The notes beneath the pieces were generated by a model that searched no databases, had not been told where the DNA came from, and saw nothing but the letters and a program-made list of their open reading frames with translations. Made by a program: the position numbers and the translations under genes. A stretch of DNA of 64,000 nucleotides from a virus. Position 1 is the first letter of the stretch; each line of letters opens with the position of its first letter. The stretch spans positions 135,888-199,887 of IMG/VR virus record IMGVR_UViG_3300035390_000014, one strand, 5' to 3'. Of the stretch, positions 37,663-48,073 are shown one piece after another.

Positions 37663-37718
37663 AACTCTGAGTTTGTTTCTTAAATGTCTTGAGAAACAAA
37701 CTCAGAGTTTTTTTCCGT
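37663..37718 (+). terminator. Intrinsic terminator with a TTCCGT tail
   Basis: AACTCTGAGTTTGTTTCT/AGAAACAAACTCAGAGTT followed by a T tract. Confidence 0.8.
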
Positions 37719-37816
37719 TGGGAAATGTTCTAACTAGTAAAGTAAATAGAACATAATATAAATTCTTACTTGGATTATTATGTTAATTTATTATATCTAC
37801 CATAGGAGGTATTATT

Positions 37817-39268
37817 ATGAAAGAACTTCTACAAGAAGTGTACCAAACAACTAAGAAAATTTCTGGTGTGGATCCTTCCAAACCTGGAAATATGAAACAA
37901 GTCCTTGTCGATGACGTTGCCTTCAATACTTATGTTACAGGTTTAGCTGAGTCTATTGAAAACAAAAAAGACAGAGAACAATTTACACTATTAGCAGAAA
38001 ACACAAGAGTGAACTTACTTGAAAATTCAATGTTTCAGATCAACCCTTACGAAACTTTGACTCTTCCTATTCTTAGAGTTTTCTATCCAAAACTTATTGC
38101 CAAAGAACTTATTACGGTTTCTCCTATGGACAAACCTGAAACTATTAAAGCATTTTTGAAAGCTACTTTCAGTCCTTCTAATAGTTCTACTAAATATCCT
38201 TCTCCTGTAACTGGACAAGATATTTCTAGTGGTCCTGTTGTTGGTACTCCAGTATCTGCTTCAATGCCTGTTCCTTCTGACGCTTTCGATATTTTAGCAG
38301 TTGCTGGTGTTTCTAGTGACGAAGCTCATCTTGAAAGAGATTATGAAATTACAGCTGTTTCTGATGATGGTACTGCTTGGACAGAAGTATCTATTGTACC
38401 TGCAGTTGAAGGACATTTTTCTTCAAGTGTAACTGTTAATTCTACTTCAGATGTTATTTCTGGTAAAGTTAATTATCTTGACGGACTTGTTGATGTATCT
38501 AGTACTACTGGTACAGTTAAGTTCATCAAATACAAAGTTACTTTTTCACTAGAAGAAAATAAAATCAATCCTTCTGTTCAATTAAGTGTAGACAAAGTTC
38601 GTCTATATGCGAAAGACAGACAGATCAGTGCAAACTGGACTATTAACATGGAACAAGACATGAGAGCTCTATTTGATCTTTCTATGCAAGCTGAAATTGT
38701 TAATGTCCTTGGACAACAAATCGCTCTTGATATTGATAGAGAGATTATCAATGCATTGATTACTGCTAATGCAAGATTGAATACTTCCGACCATGTTGGA
38801 ACATTCGCTAGAACAGCTCCATCTGGATACACTTGGGGTGACAAATATTGGCATGAAAATATCATCCCAGTATTGAATAAACTATCTGCACAGGTTTACA
38901 CTGATACTAACATGGAAGCTGCAAATGTTATTGCTGCTAACCCTCTTGACGTAGCTATTCTTGAAGATCTCCAGGGATTCAACTATACTGGTACTTCTTC
39001 TGTAGATGGTAACATGGGTTATAGAAGCGCAACAGTTGCTGGTGGAAAATGGAAAGTATTGACTTCAGCAGTAATTCCTCAAGGAACTATGTTGATGGTT
39101 TATAAACCAGTTGAAGAACTAAAGAGTGTATATATCTATGCTCCGTATGTTCCTGCTGTCCTTCACCCATATCCACTGGGAGCTACACCTTCTCTAACAA
39201 TCCTTAGCAGATATGCTACTGCATTGATTAGAAGTAATGGTATCTGTGCTTGTACAATTACTGCATAA
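37817..39268 (+). CDS. Major capsid protein (T4 gp23-like)
   Basis: LP.LR..YP.LIA.EL..V.PM, A.WT..M.QD, I..DIDREII, IYAPYVP and SRYA motifs. Confidence 0.9.
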   Translation: MKELLQEVYQTTKKISGVDPSKPGNMKQVLVDDVAFNTYVTGLAESIENKKDREQFTLLAENTRVNLLENSMFQINPYETLTLPILRVFYPKLIAKELITVSPMDKPETIKAFLKATFSPSNSSTKYPSPVTGQDISSGPVVGTPVSASMPVPSDAFDILAVAGVSSDEAHLERDYEITAVSDDGTAWTEVSIVPAVEGHFSSSVTVNSTSDVISGKVNYLDGLVDVSSTTGTVKFIKYKVTFSLEENKINPSVQLSVDKVRLYAKDRQISANWTINMEQDMRALFDLSMQAEIVNVLGQQIALDIDREIINALITANARLNTSDHVGTFARTAPSGYTWGDKYWHENIIPVLNKLSAQVYTDTNMEAANVIAANPLDVAILEDLQGFNYTGTSSVDGNMGYRSATVAGGKWKVLTSAVIPQGTMLMVYKPVEELKSVYIYAPYVPAVLHPYPLGATPSLTILSRYATALIRSNGICACTITA

Positions 39269-39295
39269 TAAAGTAATAAAATATTATTATAATAT

Positions 39296-39337
39296 AACTC
39301 CCTTAGCTATTGATTTAGTTAAGGGAGTTTTTTCCGT
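39296..39337 (+). terminator. Intrinsic terminator after the major capsid gene
   Basis: AACTCCCTTAGCTA/TAGTTAAGGGAGTT followed by a T tract and CCGT. Confidence 0.85.
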
Positions 39338-39392
39338 ATGCATAAGAACCTATTTTATTATAAAAGAACATATATTAAAAAGGAGATTATAA

Positions 39393-40466
39393 ATGGGAAA
39401 ACATATTATTAAGGATATTGAATTTGTAGAATGCCCATATTGTGAAAAAGGGAAAGATAATCAATTTCAAATGATTCATTGGACACATTTAAAAAAAATA
39501 CATGGGAAAAAAATTGATGATGTTTTAATTGAATTTCCTGGAATTCCAACAATGACAAAAAAAGAATCTGATAGAAGAAGAATTGCCGCTAAAAAAGGGA
39601 CTAAAGAAAGTAGCAAAACACATTCTAAATTAAAAACTATTAAATGTATACACTGTAAGAATGAAATTCAAGTAAAAAATAATACATCAAATACACAAGC
39701 ATGTAAAGAATGTTTAGAAAAAGGATTAGAAAATCCTGATGGAAAAACTAAACAAGTAGCAAATATTAATAGACAAAAAACATTAAGAAAAAAATATGGA
39801 GTTAATAATGCTGCAAATATTCCAGGTGTTACAGAAAAGAAAATAGAAACATGTGAAAATAAATATGGTGGTGTTGGATTTGCTAGTGATCAATTAAAAG
39901 AAAAAACAATAAATACTATTAAAGAAAAATATGGTGTTGATAATATAATGAAATCTAATCCTGGTAAAAAAGGTTATATCAAAACATGTAATAAAAAATA
40001 CAATGTTGATAATACAGTACACCTACCAGAAATAGCAGAAAAAATATCTAAAACTAAAAAAGAATATTTTAAAACTCACGATCACCATCATAAAGGTAAA
40101 ACATACGAAGAAATTATGGGTCAACCCAGAGCTGCTGAAAGAATAGAAGAACTTCGTGTATCCGGAGCAATTGGTCAATCATTAACCCCATTCATATCAG
40201 CGCCACAATTAAAACTATTTGAATTAGTAAAACAAATATATCCAGAAGCTATAATGGAATATCCAATAGATATTTTTTGTATTGACATAGCTATAGAAGA
40301 TTTAAGAATTGCTATAGAGTATGATGGTAGTTATTGGCATGATAAAGAAAGAGATGATTATAGAGATTATGTCTTAAAAGAAAAAGGTTGGTCTACAATA
40401 AGATTTGAAGATTATGTTCCATCTAAAGAAGAACTAATATTAGAAATCAATAAGAACATATTATAA
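39393..40466 (+). CDS. DUF559/Vsr-like homing endonuclease with KKYGV.N repeats
   Basis: Four K.YG/NV..N-type repeats; C-terminal DIA...IAIEYDGSYWH...D..RD..L...GW. Confidence 0.8.
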   Translation: MGKHIIKDIEFVECPYCEKGKDNQFQMIHWTHLKKIHGKKIDDVLIEFPGIPTMTKKESDRRRIAAKKGTKESSKTHSKLKTIKCIHCKNEIQVKNNTSNTQACKECLEKGLENPDGKTKQVANINRQKTLRKKYGVNNAANIPGVTEKKIETCENKYGGVGFASDQLKEKTINTIKEKYGVDNIMKSNPGKKGYIKTCNKKYNVDNTVHLPEIAEKISKTKKEYFKTHDHHHKGKTYEEIMGQPRAAERIEELRVSGAIGQSLTPFISAPQLKLFELVKQIYPEAIMEYPIDIFCIDIAIEDLRIAIEYDGSYWHDKERDDYRDYVLKEKGWSTIRFEDYVPSKEELILEINKNIL

Positions 40467-40468
40467 AT

Positions 40469-40570
40469 TAAAGATATGCCGGGCTCTGACTATGTAAATT
40501 CTTCTCTCTCATAAGTCGAGCAAGTAAAAAGGACCACATGTTATCGGGGACGTGTGGTCCTTTTTTCCGT
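40469..40570 (+). ncRNA. Candidate sRNA between a class 1 promoter and a terminator
   Basis: No credible ORF; GCTC-GACT-ATG/CAT-AGTC-GAGC hairpin with a TTCTTCTCTCT loop; terminator GGACCACATGT/ACGTGTGGTCC. Confidence 0.5.
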
Positions 40571-40705
40571 AGGCACATAATGATTACAAAAAAAATACCC
40601 AATCTATAAAAGACTGGGTATTTTTTTGCGGAGTTTAAACCACCTTTACATAATACACCCCCGACATTACTTCCTCGTTAGTGTTACATAAATCTTTTTT
40701 TTGAT

Positions 40706-40846
40706 TTATTTATTAAAAGGACATCCCTTACAGCATTCATTGCCTTTGTTACAATCAAAGCATTCAGATGGATATTTGCATATTTCGCACCAATAAGCTT
40801 TTGTAAAGATTCCTTGTACCAGATGTTCGTGAATAAATTTCCACAT
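40706..40846 (-). CDS. 46-aa Cys-rich peptide (absent from the ORF track)
   Basis: MWKFIHEHL...WCEICKYPSECFDCNKGNECCKGCPFNK; AAGGAG RBS; class 2 promoter motif. Confidence 0.6.
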   Translation of the reverse strand: MWKFIHEHLVQGIFTKAYWCEICKYPSECFDCNKGNECCKGCPFNK

Positions 40847-41384
40847 AATCAAGTCTCCTTATAAAGTTAAGTTGCAATAATCTCTTACCTATGACTTAAT
40901 AATATATATAGAATATTTAATTATATTGGATTCTATTCAGACATAAATAAATTCTGATAAGCAGATTTATGAATCTCTCCACTATTACCACCGATCATTT
41001 TTTGTTTTGCCTTTTCATCTTTTTCTAAATACTTATAAGCATCTTTATGAAACTCACCAGTATTGTTTCCTATTATTATTTCCTTTACTTTAGAAAACAT
41101 TATAATATCTCCTTTAAAATATAAACAACATAAATAATTGATTCAATTGATAAAATTAAAAACCACCAATCACGTCTATTTAACAGCTTCTTTTTTGGCG
41201 TCTGTTGCTTCGAACTGCTTGACGTAATTTTTTGCCTCTTGGTTTCCACACCCAGATACGATTGGTCTCGCACTGGTGTATTCACTGATCGGACTTCGCA
41301 AACCTTTAATATCTTTAGCATAAAACACCGCCCATGAATAACAGTCATCTCCACCAAATTTTACTGCTCTATATTTTTTCGCCA

Positions 41385-41792
41385 TTACAATATTCCTTTT
41401 TGAGCAAGAGAATCGGCTATAGTATTTTGTTCTCTTGGTACCCATTGAATAGTTACATATTTTTTTGAGGTTAACCATTCATATAATTGAACAGCGTTAA
41501 CCCATAAAGGTTTAAGATTATTGGATTTACATTTCCATTGACCTGTAACCTGCATGATTACCAATTTTGAATCACCATAGATATCAATGTGAGTTATCTT
41601 CTTATCCTTCACAAGATATTTCAACAACTCAATCAATCCCATATATTCAGCATAGTTATTAGTTCTATCCTCACTTGCTGTTCTTGATTCATGGTCCACT
41701 ATATTTTCTTCGGTATCCAGGATTGCCCAACCACATTGAGCTAATCCTGGATTCCCTTTAGAAGACCCATCAAAGTATCCTTTACAATGCAT
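41385..41792 (-). CDS. rnhA: Ribonuclease HI
   Basis: FDGSSKGNPG, TNNYAEY, GDSKLV and WVPREQN..AD.LA motifs. Confidence 0.92.
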   Translation of the reverse strand: MHCKGYFDGSSKGNPGLAQCGWAILDTEENIVDHESRTASEDRTNNYAEYMGLIELLKYLVKDKKITHIDIYGDSKLVIMQVTGQWKCKSNNLKPLWVNAVQLYEWLTSKKYVTIQWVPREQNTIADSLAQKGIL

Positions 41793-42559
41793 ATTTCTCC
41801 TTAAACGTGCGATGTAGGGATCACTAGATCCAGTCCCACATTATTCGTTTTTTACAAACTTGTTATTAAATTCTATTCCATAAGGAATAATTATAATACA
41901 ACATACTCCACCAACTATAAATCCTGCACCAACTGATACTATGTTTCCAATCCCAATACCAAAACATACTCCAGCTCCTATAGCACAGAACCAGAACAAA
42001 CATAGTAATCCTTCTTTACCCATTTGGTTTTTCCTCTATTTTTATTTTTGGATTAAATCTAAGAAATGCTATACCATTGATACATACCCATACCCTTCCA
42101 TCAGATCCAATTTGAATACCTAAATCTCCATTGAATATCTTATCGTCTGGAAGATTCTCAATTGATATAACCCCTTGACTATGTGTTTCATTCATCTCTT
42201 TAAAGACAATTGGAGCTCCAGATAAATCACTCATAGGTTTTCCTCATATAATCTGATGCCTTAACAACATCAAGAGATGGCCATAACCGTTTGCAATATC
42301 CAAGTTCAGGGATATCCCAATGACCCATACTTCCACCAGGTCCTTCTCTTTTGGCTTCTACACCATAATCAATTGCCATTTTGCGAATCATCTCAGACCC
42401 ACCACTATGGTCTTCCCGACTCTCACCTTTTGTCACAACTGTCCATGACATACACTCAGCATCACATTGTTTTGGATATCCAGTTTTTCCCATAATAAAT
42501 GGGCACTTTTTTGTTGAGCAAAGATCAGTTGGTATTAATGGAACTTTTTTATTCATTTT

Positions 42560-43012
42560 TTATCCTCTTGTTTTTTCAATTCCATATGGATATTGAACCT
42601 CAGGTCTGTTTGGTTTTTCATCGAACTTTTCCCAAGGAAATGTCACCCAGTCATTACATGTTTCCACCCAATAATCAGGTGTGATAACTGAGCGATCCTT
42701 AACAAACAATACTGCAGTTATTGGTTTAAACCCTAACCATATACCAATATCTTTTAATGTTTTGCCAGTATCGGCAATGTCATCAACAAATAAAACTCTT
42801 TCAAGTTCATCTTTATTTAATTCATGAAGCAATCCCTTATCAAGATATTTAAGATCAAGATGATGACTCATATGAACTGCAATTGGTAATCCACCTCTTT
42901 TAGGTCCATAAACAAAATCCAATTCTCCATGAATTGCATGACCCTCAATATAATTAACCATTTTATCAAGCATATGATCATAATCGTTATATGTTACAAT
43001 TCTATTTTCCAC
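42560..43012 (-). CDS. Type I phosphoribosyltransferase (purine PRT-like)
   Basis: RGGL, LFVDDIADTGKTL and W..FPWE motifs. Confidence 0.85.
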   Translation of the reverse strand: MENRIVTYNDYDHMLDKMVNYIEGHAIHGELDFVYGPKRGGLPIAVHMSHHLDLKYLDKGLLHELNKDELERVLFVDDIADTGKTLKDIGIWLGFKPITAVLFVKDRSVITPDYWVETCNDWVTFPWEKFDEKPNRPEVQYPYGIEKTRG

Positions 43013-43551
43013 TAAACCTCTCCTTCTTTAGCAGCTTTTAACATTTTCTCTGCAAGTTCCGGACTACTGTCAATTCTATGTCTCATTTCCCAACAGTTAT
43101 CGCATTCTTTAGTTCCCAAGTATGATGTATCTTTTCCACACCATTTACATTTATATGTTTGCTCTGGCATTATTATTTCTCCTATCTTATTTTTTTAGTT
43201 GCAGCCATTCTAATCGTTTTATATATAGTTGGAATATCTAAATCTTTGTTAAAATTAGATCTATATCCAAATCCTGCAGAAGGACCTTTTATTTTCTTTA
43301 CAAGATCAACAGATGATGATGTTAATTTTATCATCACCTTACCAATTGTTTTTTTATCTTTTCCCAAATAATTAGATAATTCATTAACAGTTAAACATAA
43401 TTTTTGTTGATTTAAAATCCAAAGAATTTCTTCACCAATAGTTTGAAACATTCTTTTTGGGGCTTTTATAACAAGCCCTGATTGAGTTTGTAACATACCT
43501 CTACCATATAATCTTTTTTCAAGTTTAAGCACTTCTGATGATTTTCTCATT

Positions 43552-43953
43552 TTACCATCCATTATCCCAATGAATAAAAGTTGTTATATCCGGCATATTA
43601 CTTTTATACCGAATCTCATTATCAACTATCAAATCAATTTTAAAATTATTACATAAGATTCCTTTTGACTCCCACCAATAGAAATCATCACACCACCAAT
43701 AACCCTTTTCATCCTGGTTCATTGGAACTCGAGAATTAAATCTCAAATAATCAACGACTGATAAAACATTGCAACCTTGATAATGTATTCTTTCAAAATA
43801 ACCAAGTTTTATCAGTTCAGCTCTGATTTGTTCTTCTGGTGGACCAGATATAATAAAAACCTCAACTCCACTATTAACAAGAGCTTTCATTTGTGGTTTA
43901 AATACTTCTGGACTAGTATTTATTGTTCCATGGATATCAAAAGCTATTTTCAT
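43552..43953 (-). CDS. HAD-superfamily-like protein
   Basis: IAFDIHGTI, ISG and K...C....ID..VDN motifs. Confidence 0.55.
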   Translation of the reverse strand: MKIAFDIHGTINTSPEVFKPQMKALVNSGVEVFIISGPPEEQIRAELIKLGYFERIHYQGCNVLSVVDYLRFNSRVPMNQDEKGYWWCDDFYWWESKGILCNNFKIDLIVDNEIRYKSNMPDITTFIHWDNGW

Positions 43954-44432
43954 AGTTTAACCCCCGTTAACTTCAGTCATTCCAAACATATGTTGAGTAT
44001 CACAATAGGGGCATGTCAATATTTTATCTCCCATAGCAACAGTTGGTTGTTTACTTCCGCAGGTAACAATACCAGCTTTATCAACATAAACAAATTTCCT
44101 CATGGGAGTTACAAATTTAAAATTCTCTGTAGGTTCAGTTAATTTTATTTTGGAGGCATCAAAAGTTTTGTAACAGAAATCGCAATTAAAAGTACCAACG
44201 GCATCTTCAAATTTCATTTTTTACCCCTTTACAGATAAATGAACATCACTATTAGTTCCACCAGTTACAACAAGTGTTTTGTTATCTCTCAAAACACAAA
44301 TCAACCCAGCTATTTGACCTCTTACTCCAGCACCCATTGTATCACCAGATGCAATAAGCGGTTTAGCGGAGCTACTTGGTTTAGCCATAAAATAATCAAC
44401 AATCATTTGTTTTAATTCTTCTCTTGTCATTG

Positions 44433-45365
44433 TCATCTTCTGTCTGCTCCTCCATCTATAAAATCAATTTTATTTGGAAATCTTGGATTTATACCATGTA
44501 CTGACTCAAGTAAATTTTTTCTTGAAATACTATAAGGATTTTCTCTTTTGTAATGAGTATTTTCATACATAGTCAATACCTGAGAAATTTGACCACCACG
44601 TTTAACAATATCTGGAAATTTTCCATTTGAATACTCTTCCAGAATTTTATCTACTTCTTCATAACTTTCAACATCACCGAATTGATCCAAGTCTGAATCA
44701 GTGATACCTAAACCATCAGTTGGGACTGCTTCAATAACAGATCTGATAGTTCTTCTTTTATCAGAATTAACTGGACTGAAATTATAATATTGTTTTAAAA
44801 TACCATATACTTCAGTTTTCCAGAGATTTTGAATCATTCCATAGTCACCAACATCACCATGGATTGTCCAAAAACCTAACTTATATTCAGTTAGATTATC
44901 AGTAGATAAAACAAGTCCCTGGTTAACATGGGCAAGATGATAAAGTTGAATCATTCTTAACCTAGCTTTAATGTTACCAAGTCTTATTTTATCTGCATAA
45001 GTATGAGTTAAAGCTTCTTCCATTGGCAATTCTATATTATTGATTAAACCATAATATGTACTGGTTAAATCCATAGTTCTAAAATCATTGCAAAATAATT
45101 TACCAAGTTTCTCAGCTCGATCAATTTCCTCCTGGGTATTAACTTCAATTATCAGAGATCGACCTATGAGTTTTATATCTCTATCTAACTGAGTTTTACA
45201 TCGTTCACATACTTCTTGTGCCAATAGACCTACTGCAGCGCTATCAGCACCCCCAGAAACACCCAATACCAAACTTTTGATATTAGGATATTCAACCAGG
45301 TAACCAACCGTATAATCGACTACATTCTCTCTTATACGGTTTAATTCATGACTTGAAGTTATCAT
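44433..45365 (-). CDS. nadE: NH3-dependent NAD+ synthetase
   Basis: LGVSGGADS, GNIKARLRM, STDNLTE...GFWT.HGD and PTDGL motifs. Confidence 0.93.
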   Translation of the reverse strand: MITSSHELNRIRENVVDYTVGYLVEYPNIKSLVLGVSGGADSAAVGLLAQEVCERCKTQLDRDIKLIGRSLIIEVNTQEEIDRAEKLGKLFCNDFRTMDLTSTYYGLINNIELPMEEALTHTYADKIRLGNIKARLRMIQLYHLAHVNQGLVLSTDNLTEYKLGFWTIHGDVGDYGMIQNLWKTEVYGILKQYYNFSPVNSDKRRTIRSVIEAVPTDGLGITDSDLDQFGDVESYEEVDKILEEYSNGKFPDIVKRGGQISQVLTMYENTHYKRENPYSISRKNLLESVHGINPRFPNKIDFIDGGADRR

Positions 45366-45894
45366 TTTTAATCCTCAAATATTTTATCAACATTTTTAGC
45401 AAACCAAAATCCAACTGGAATAGAAGCAATGGCATATGAACCAAAAACTAACCACCCAACTCCAGATGAAAATATATGACCAAAACCAAAACCCAACCCT
45501 ATTCCTCCAAATACAAGAGAAATATAAAATATCCATATCGCAGATTCTTCATTCATTTTTGTTCTCCTATATTGGTCTGTATACAACTTCATTCAATCTT
45601 ACATCTTCAAAATCCCATGAGTCTGGCACATATTTATATTCAGTTCCATCGAACCAAATGTCACCTTTTCTCCAGACTCCCATCCACCCAAGATCATCCC
45701 GATAATATACAAGACATGGAACTCCCATAACAACTTCCCGATTAGGACGAAATTCTTGATATTGGATTGGTTTGGGTGCATATGGATCTTCTTTTTCTGG
45801 AAACATTAAATGATCATCTTCAGCTATTTCCAATGACTCTCTAGCAATATCACCAGTTAATAGGGAACTCATAATTCCCTTCTGCTTATAAAAA

Positions 45895-47067
45895 TTAGAC
45901 ATCAAATATTCCTTTTACATATTCTTCAAATTTAGGATCCAAACACATTGCTTTACCAGATGAATCTGAAACCTTTGCCACAGGGCGACCATTACATTCA
46001 GTCATTTTCATAACTATTTGTTGAGGAGTTACACCCAAATCATTTGTAAAATTTGTGCCAATACCATAAGATGTTTTGATTTCAGATGAAAACTTTTTAA
46101 ACAAATCAACAGCTATTGGGAATGTTAATCCATCACTAAACACAGCAACTTTGGATTTTGGATCTATCCCAAGATGATTATAATGTTTAATTAATGTTTC
46201 ACACCAGTGATAAGGACAACCAGAATCATGTCTTGCTCCATCAAACAACTTTGCAAAATACAAATCAAAGTCTCTAATAAAAGCATTAAAACCAACTGTA
46301 TCAGATAATGCTATTCCTAAATCTCCACGATAAACATCTGACCAAGATTGAAAAGCAGCCTTTTGAGAATCCTCAACACGACCTAATTGCTGATGTGCAC
46401 AAATATACTCATGGGCCATTGTTCCGGATGGAGTTAATCCATATTCCATGGCAAAATGAATATTAGAAGTTGCCTTTATATATCTGGTTTTAGAAGCCAT
46501 TTTAAGCAATTCTTTATGCCATTCATATGAGAATCTTCTCCGAGTTCCAAAGTCAGATATTCTGAAATCTGAATCCTTATGAATATGATTATCCAAATAA
46601 GCTATTTTTTCATTAAACTTATCTTTGCCTACAAGATAAGTGTTTATTCCTCCATCCCCATTGTGATGATGAAACAATTCACTGACTGTTGCAAGAATTG
46701 GAACCTCAAATGGAATTGTCATTAACCAAGGACCCTCAACAATAATATTAAAACCATTTGAAGTATCAAATCTAACATAGTCATAATTTAATTGAAAATT
46801 TCTAAGAAACTCAATAAAACCTGGTTTGAAAAATCTGATTGATCTGAGATAATCAATTTCATCGTTTGTAAATTTGAGTTTGCAAAGTTCTTGTATCCAA
46901 ACTCCAATGTCATTAAAGAGCTTACCCCCATCAGTTGTTCTTTCGTTAAATAAAGTTCCATTACGATCTTTAAAATCATATCTAACCCAGGCATTTGGAT
47001 AATTTTCAAATACTGCCTGCATCATTGTTAGTTTATACAAATCTGTATCACATAATGATTTAATCAT
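45895..47067 (-). CDS. pncB: Nicotinate phosphoribosyltransferase
   Basis: DTDLYKLTM.Q, DFGTRRRFS, GTMAHE, RHDSG, FSDGL and GIGT motifs. Confidence 0.95.
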   Translation of the reverse strand: MIKSLCDTDLYKLTMMQAVFENYPNAWVRYDFKDRNGTLFNERTTDGGKLFNDIGVWIQELCKLKFTNDEIDYLRSIRFFKPGFIEFLRNFQLNYDYVRFDTSNGFNIIVEGPWLMTIPFEVPILATVSELFHHHNGDGGINTYLVGKDKFNEKIAYLDNHIHKDSDFRISDFGTRRRFSYEWHKELLKMASKTRYIKATSNIHFAMEYGLTPSGTMAHEYICAHQQLGRVEDSQKAAFQSWSDVYRGDLGIALSDTVGFNAFIRDFDLYFAKLFDGARHDSGCPYHWCETLIKHYNHLGIDPKSKVAVFSDGLTFPIAVDLFKKFSSEIKTSYGIGTNFTNDLGVTPQQIVMKMTECNGRPVAKVSDSSGKAMCLDPKFEEYVKGIFDV

Positions 47068-47739
47068 TTATCTCTCCCATGATTCTTTTTTATGTTCATC
47101 TTCTACATTATTTCCATCCCTGTCCAAGTCTTTCCAACTATTCATTGCATCAATCCTAGAACCTAGAATCATTGCATGTAGTCTTCTCCATAATCCACCC
47201 AACATTTCTTTAAGATATTGATACATCCATTTAAGAGGATTATTAAGTAAAGTCCAAAATGCAGACCATGGCCAATACCCCATCCAGAAAGCTATATGTT
47301 TAGTACTTGTTGCAACAGTTGGGATATTTTCGTATCTCATATGTTCAAAACAAGCACGTTTTTGATTTTCTGGAATAGTCTCAATAGTCACTTTGGGATC
47401 GATTTGTCTTTTCTCTTTAAATTCATTAAACGATCTATCCCAGTTCCTTCGACTTTCAGTTAAATAAAAGATATATTTAACAATACTATATACAACCCCA
47501 ATTAGAATATAAGCAAGACCGTATTTAATAAATGATGCTGTATTTAAAGAAATCCAATCTGGTAAACTAAAATCACTACATAGTTGAAGTAGAACAAGAA
47601 ATGCCACTGTTGAAGTCAGAGCAAACCCTGGACTTTCATCTTCCAGAAACCAAATCAACAATACATTCCAGACAACAAACGGTACCATAAATGTCCAGCT
47701 AAACCAGCCAATAACAATCCATTGCATCCAATCCATCAC
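47068..47739 (-). CDS. Hypothetical membrane protein
   Basis: Several TM segments; WM.YWPWS.FW motif. Confidence 0.6.
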   Translation of the reverse strand: MMDWMQWIVIGWFSWTFMVPFVVWNVLLIWFLEDESPGFALTSTVAFLVLLQLCSDFSLPDWISLNTASFIKYGLAYILIGVVYSIVKYIFYLTESRRNWDRSFNEFKEKRQIDPKVTIETIPENQKRACFEHMRYENIPTVATSTKHIAFWMGYWPWSAFWTLLNNPLKWMYQYLKEMLGGLWRRLHAMILGSRIDAMNSWKDLDRDGNNVEDEHKKESWER

Positions 47740-48073
47740 ATTTTCTCCTTATTTTTTAATTCATATTTAATTACTGCTTCATTTGCCATATTCCAATAAA
47801 ATGCATCTTTACCTTTGTTTTGAAGATACAACTTTGATATCCAATAATCAACTTCTTCTGAAAAGTTGTTATGGTCTTCTTGTGGAATAAATGTAAAAAG
47901 AAAATCATCTTTTCCATTTGGATGAATATCAGCTTCAACTCCATGTGTATAACATAAAGATCCACCAACATAACAACCATTAGATGCTGTACCATTATAA
48001 ATCCCTTTAAGAATTTTCAATACTTCTTCTTCTGAGATTTCACAATCATCTTCTCGAAAATCATTAATTATCA

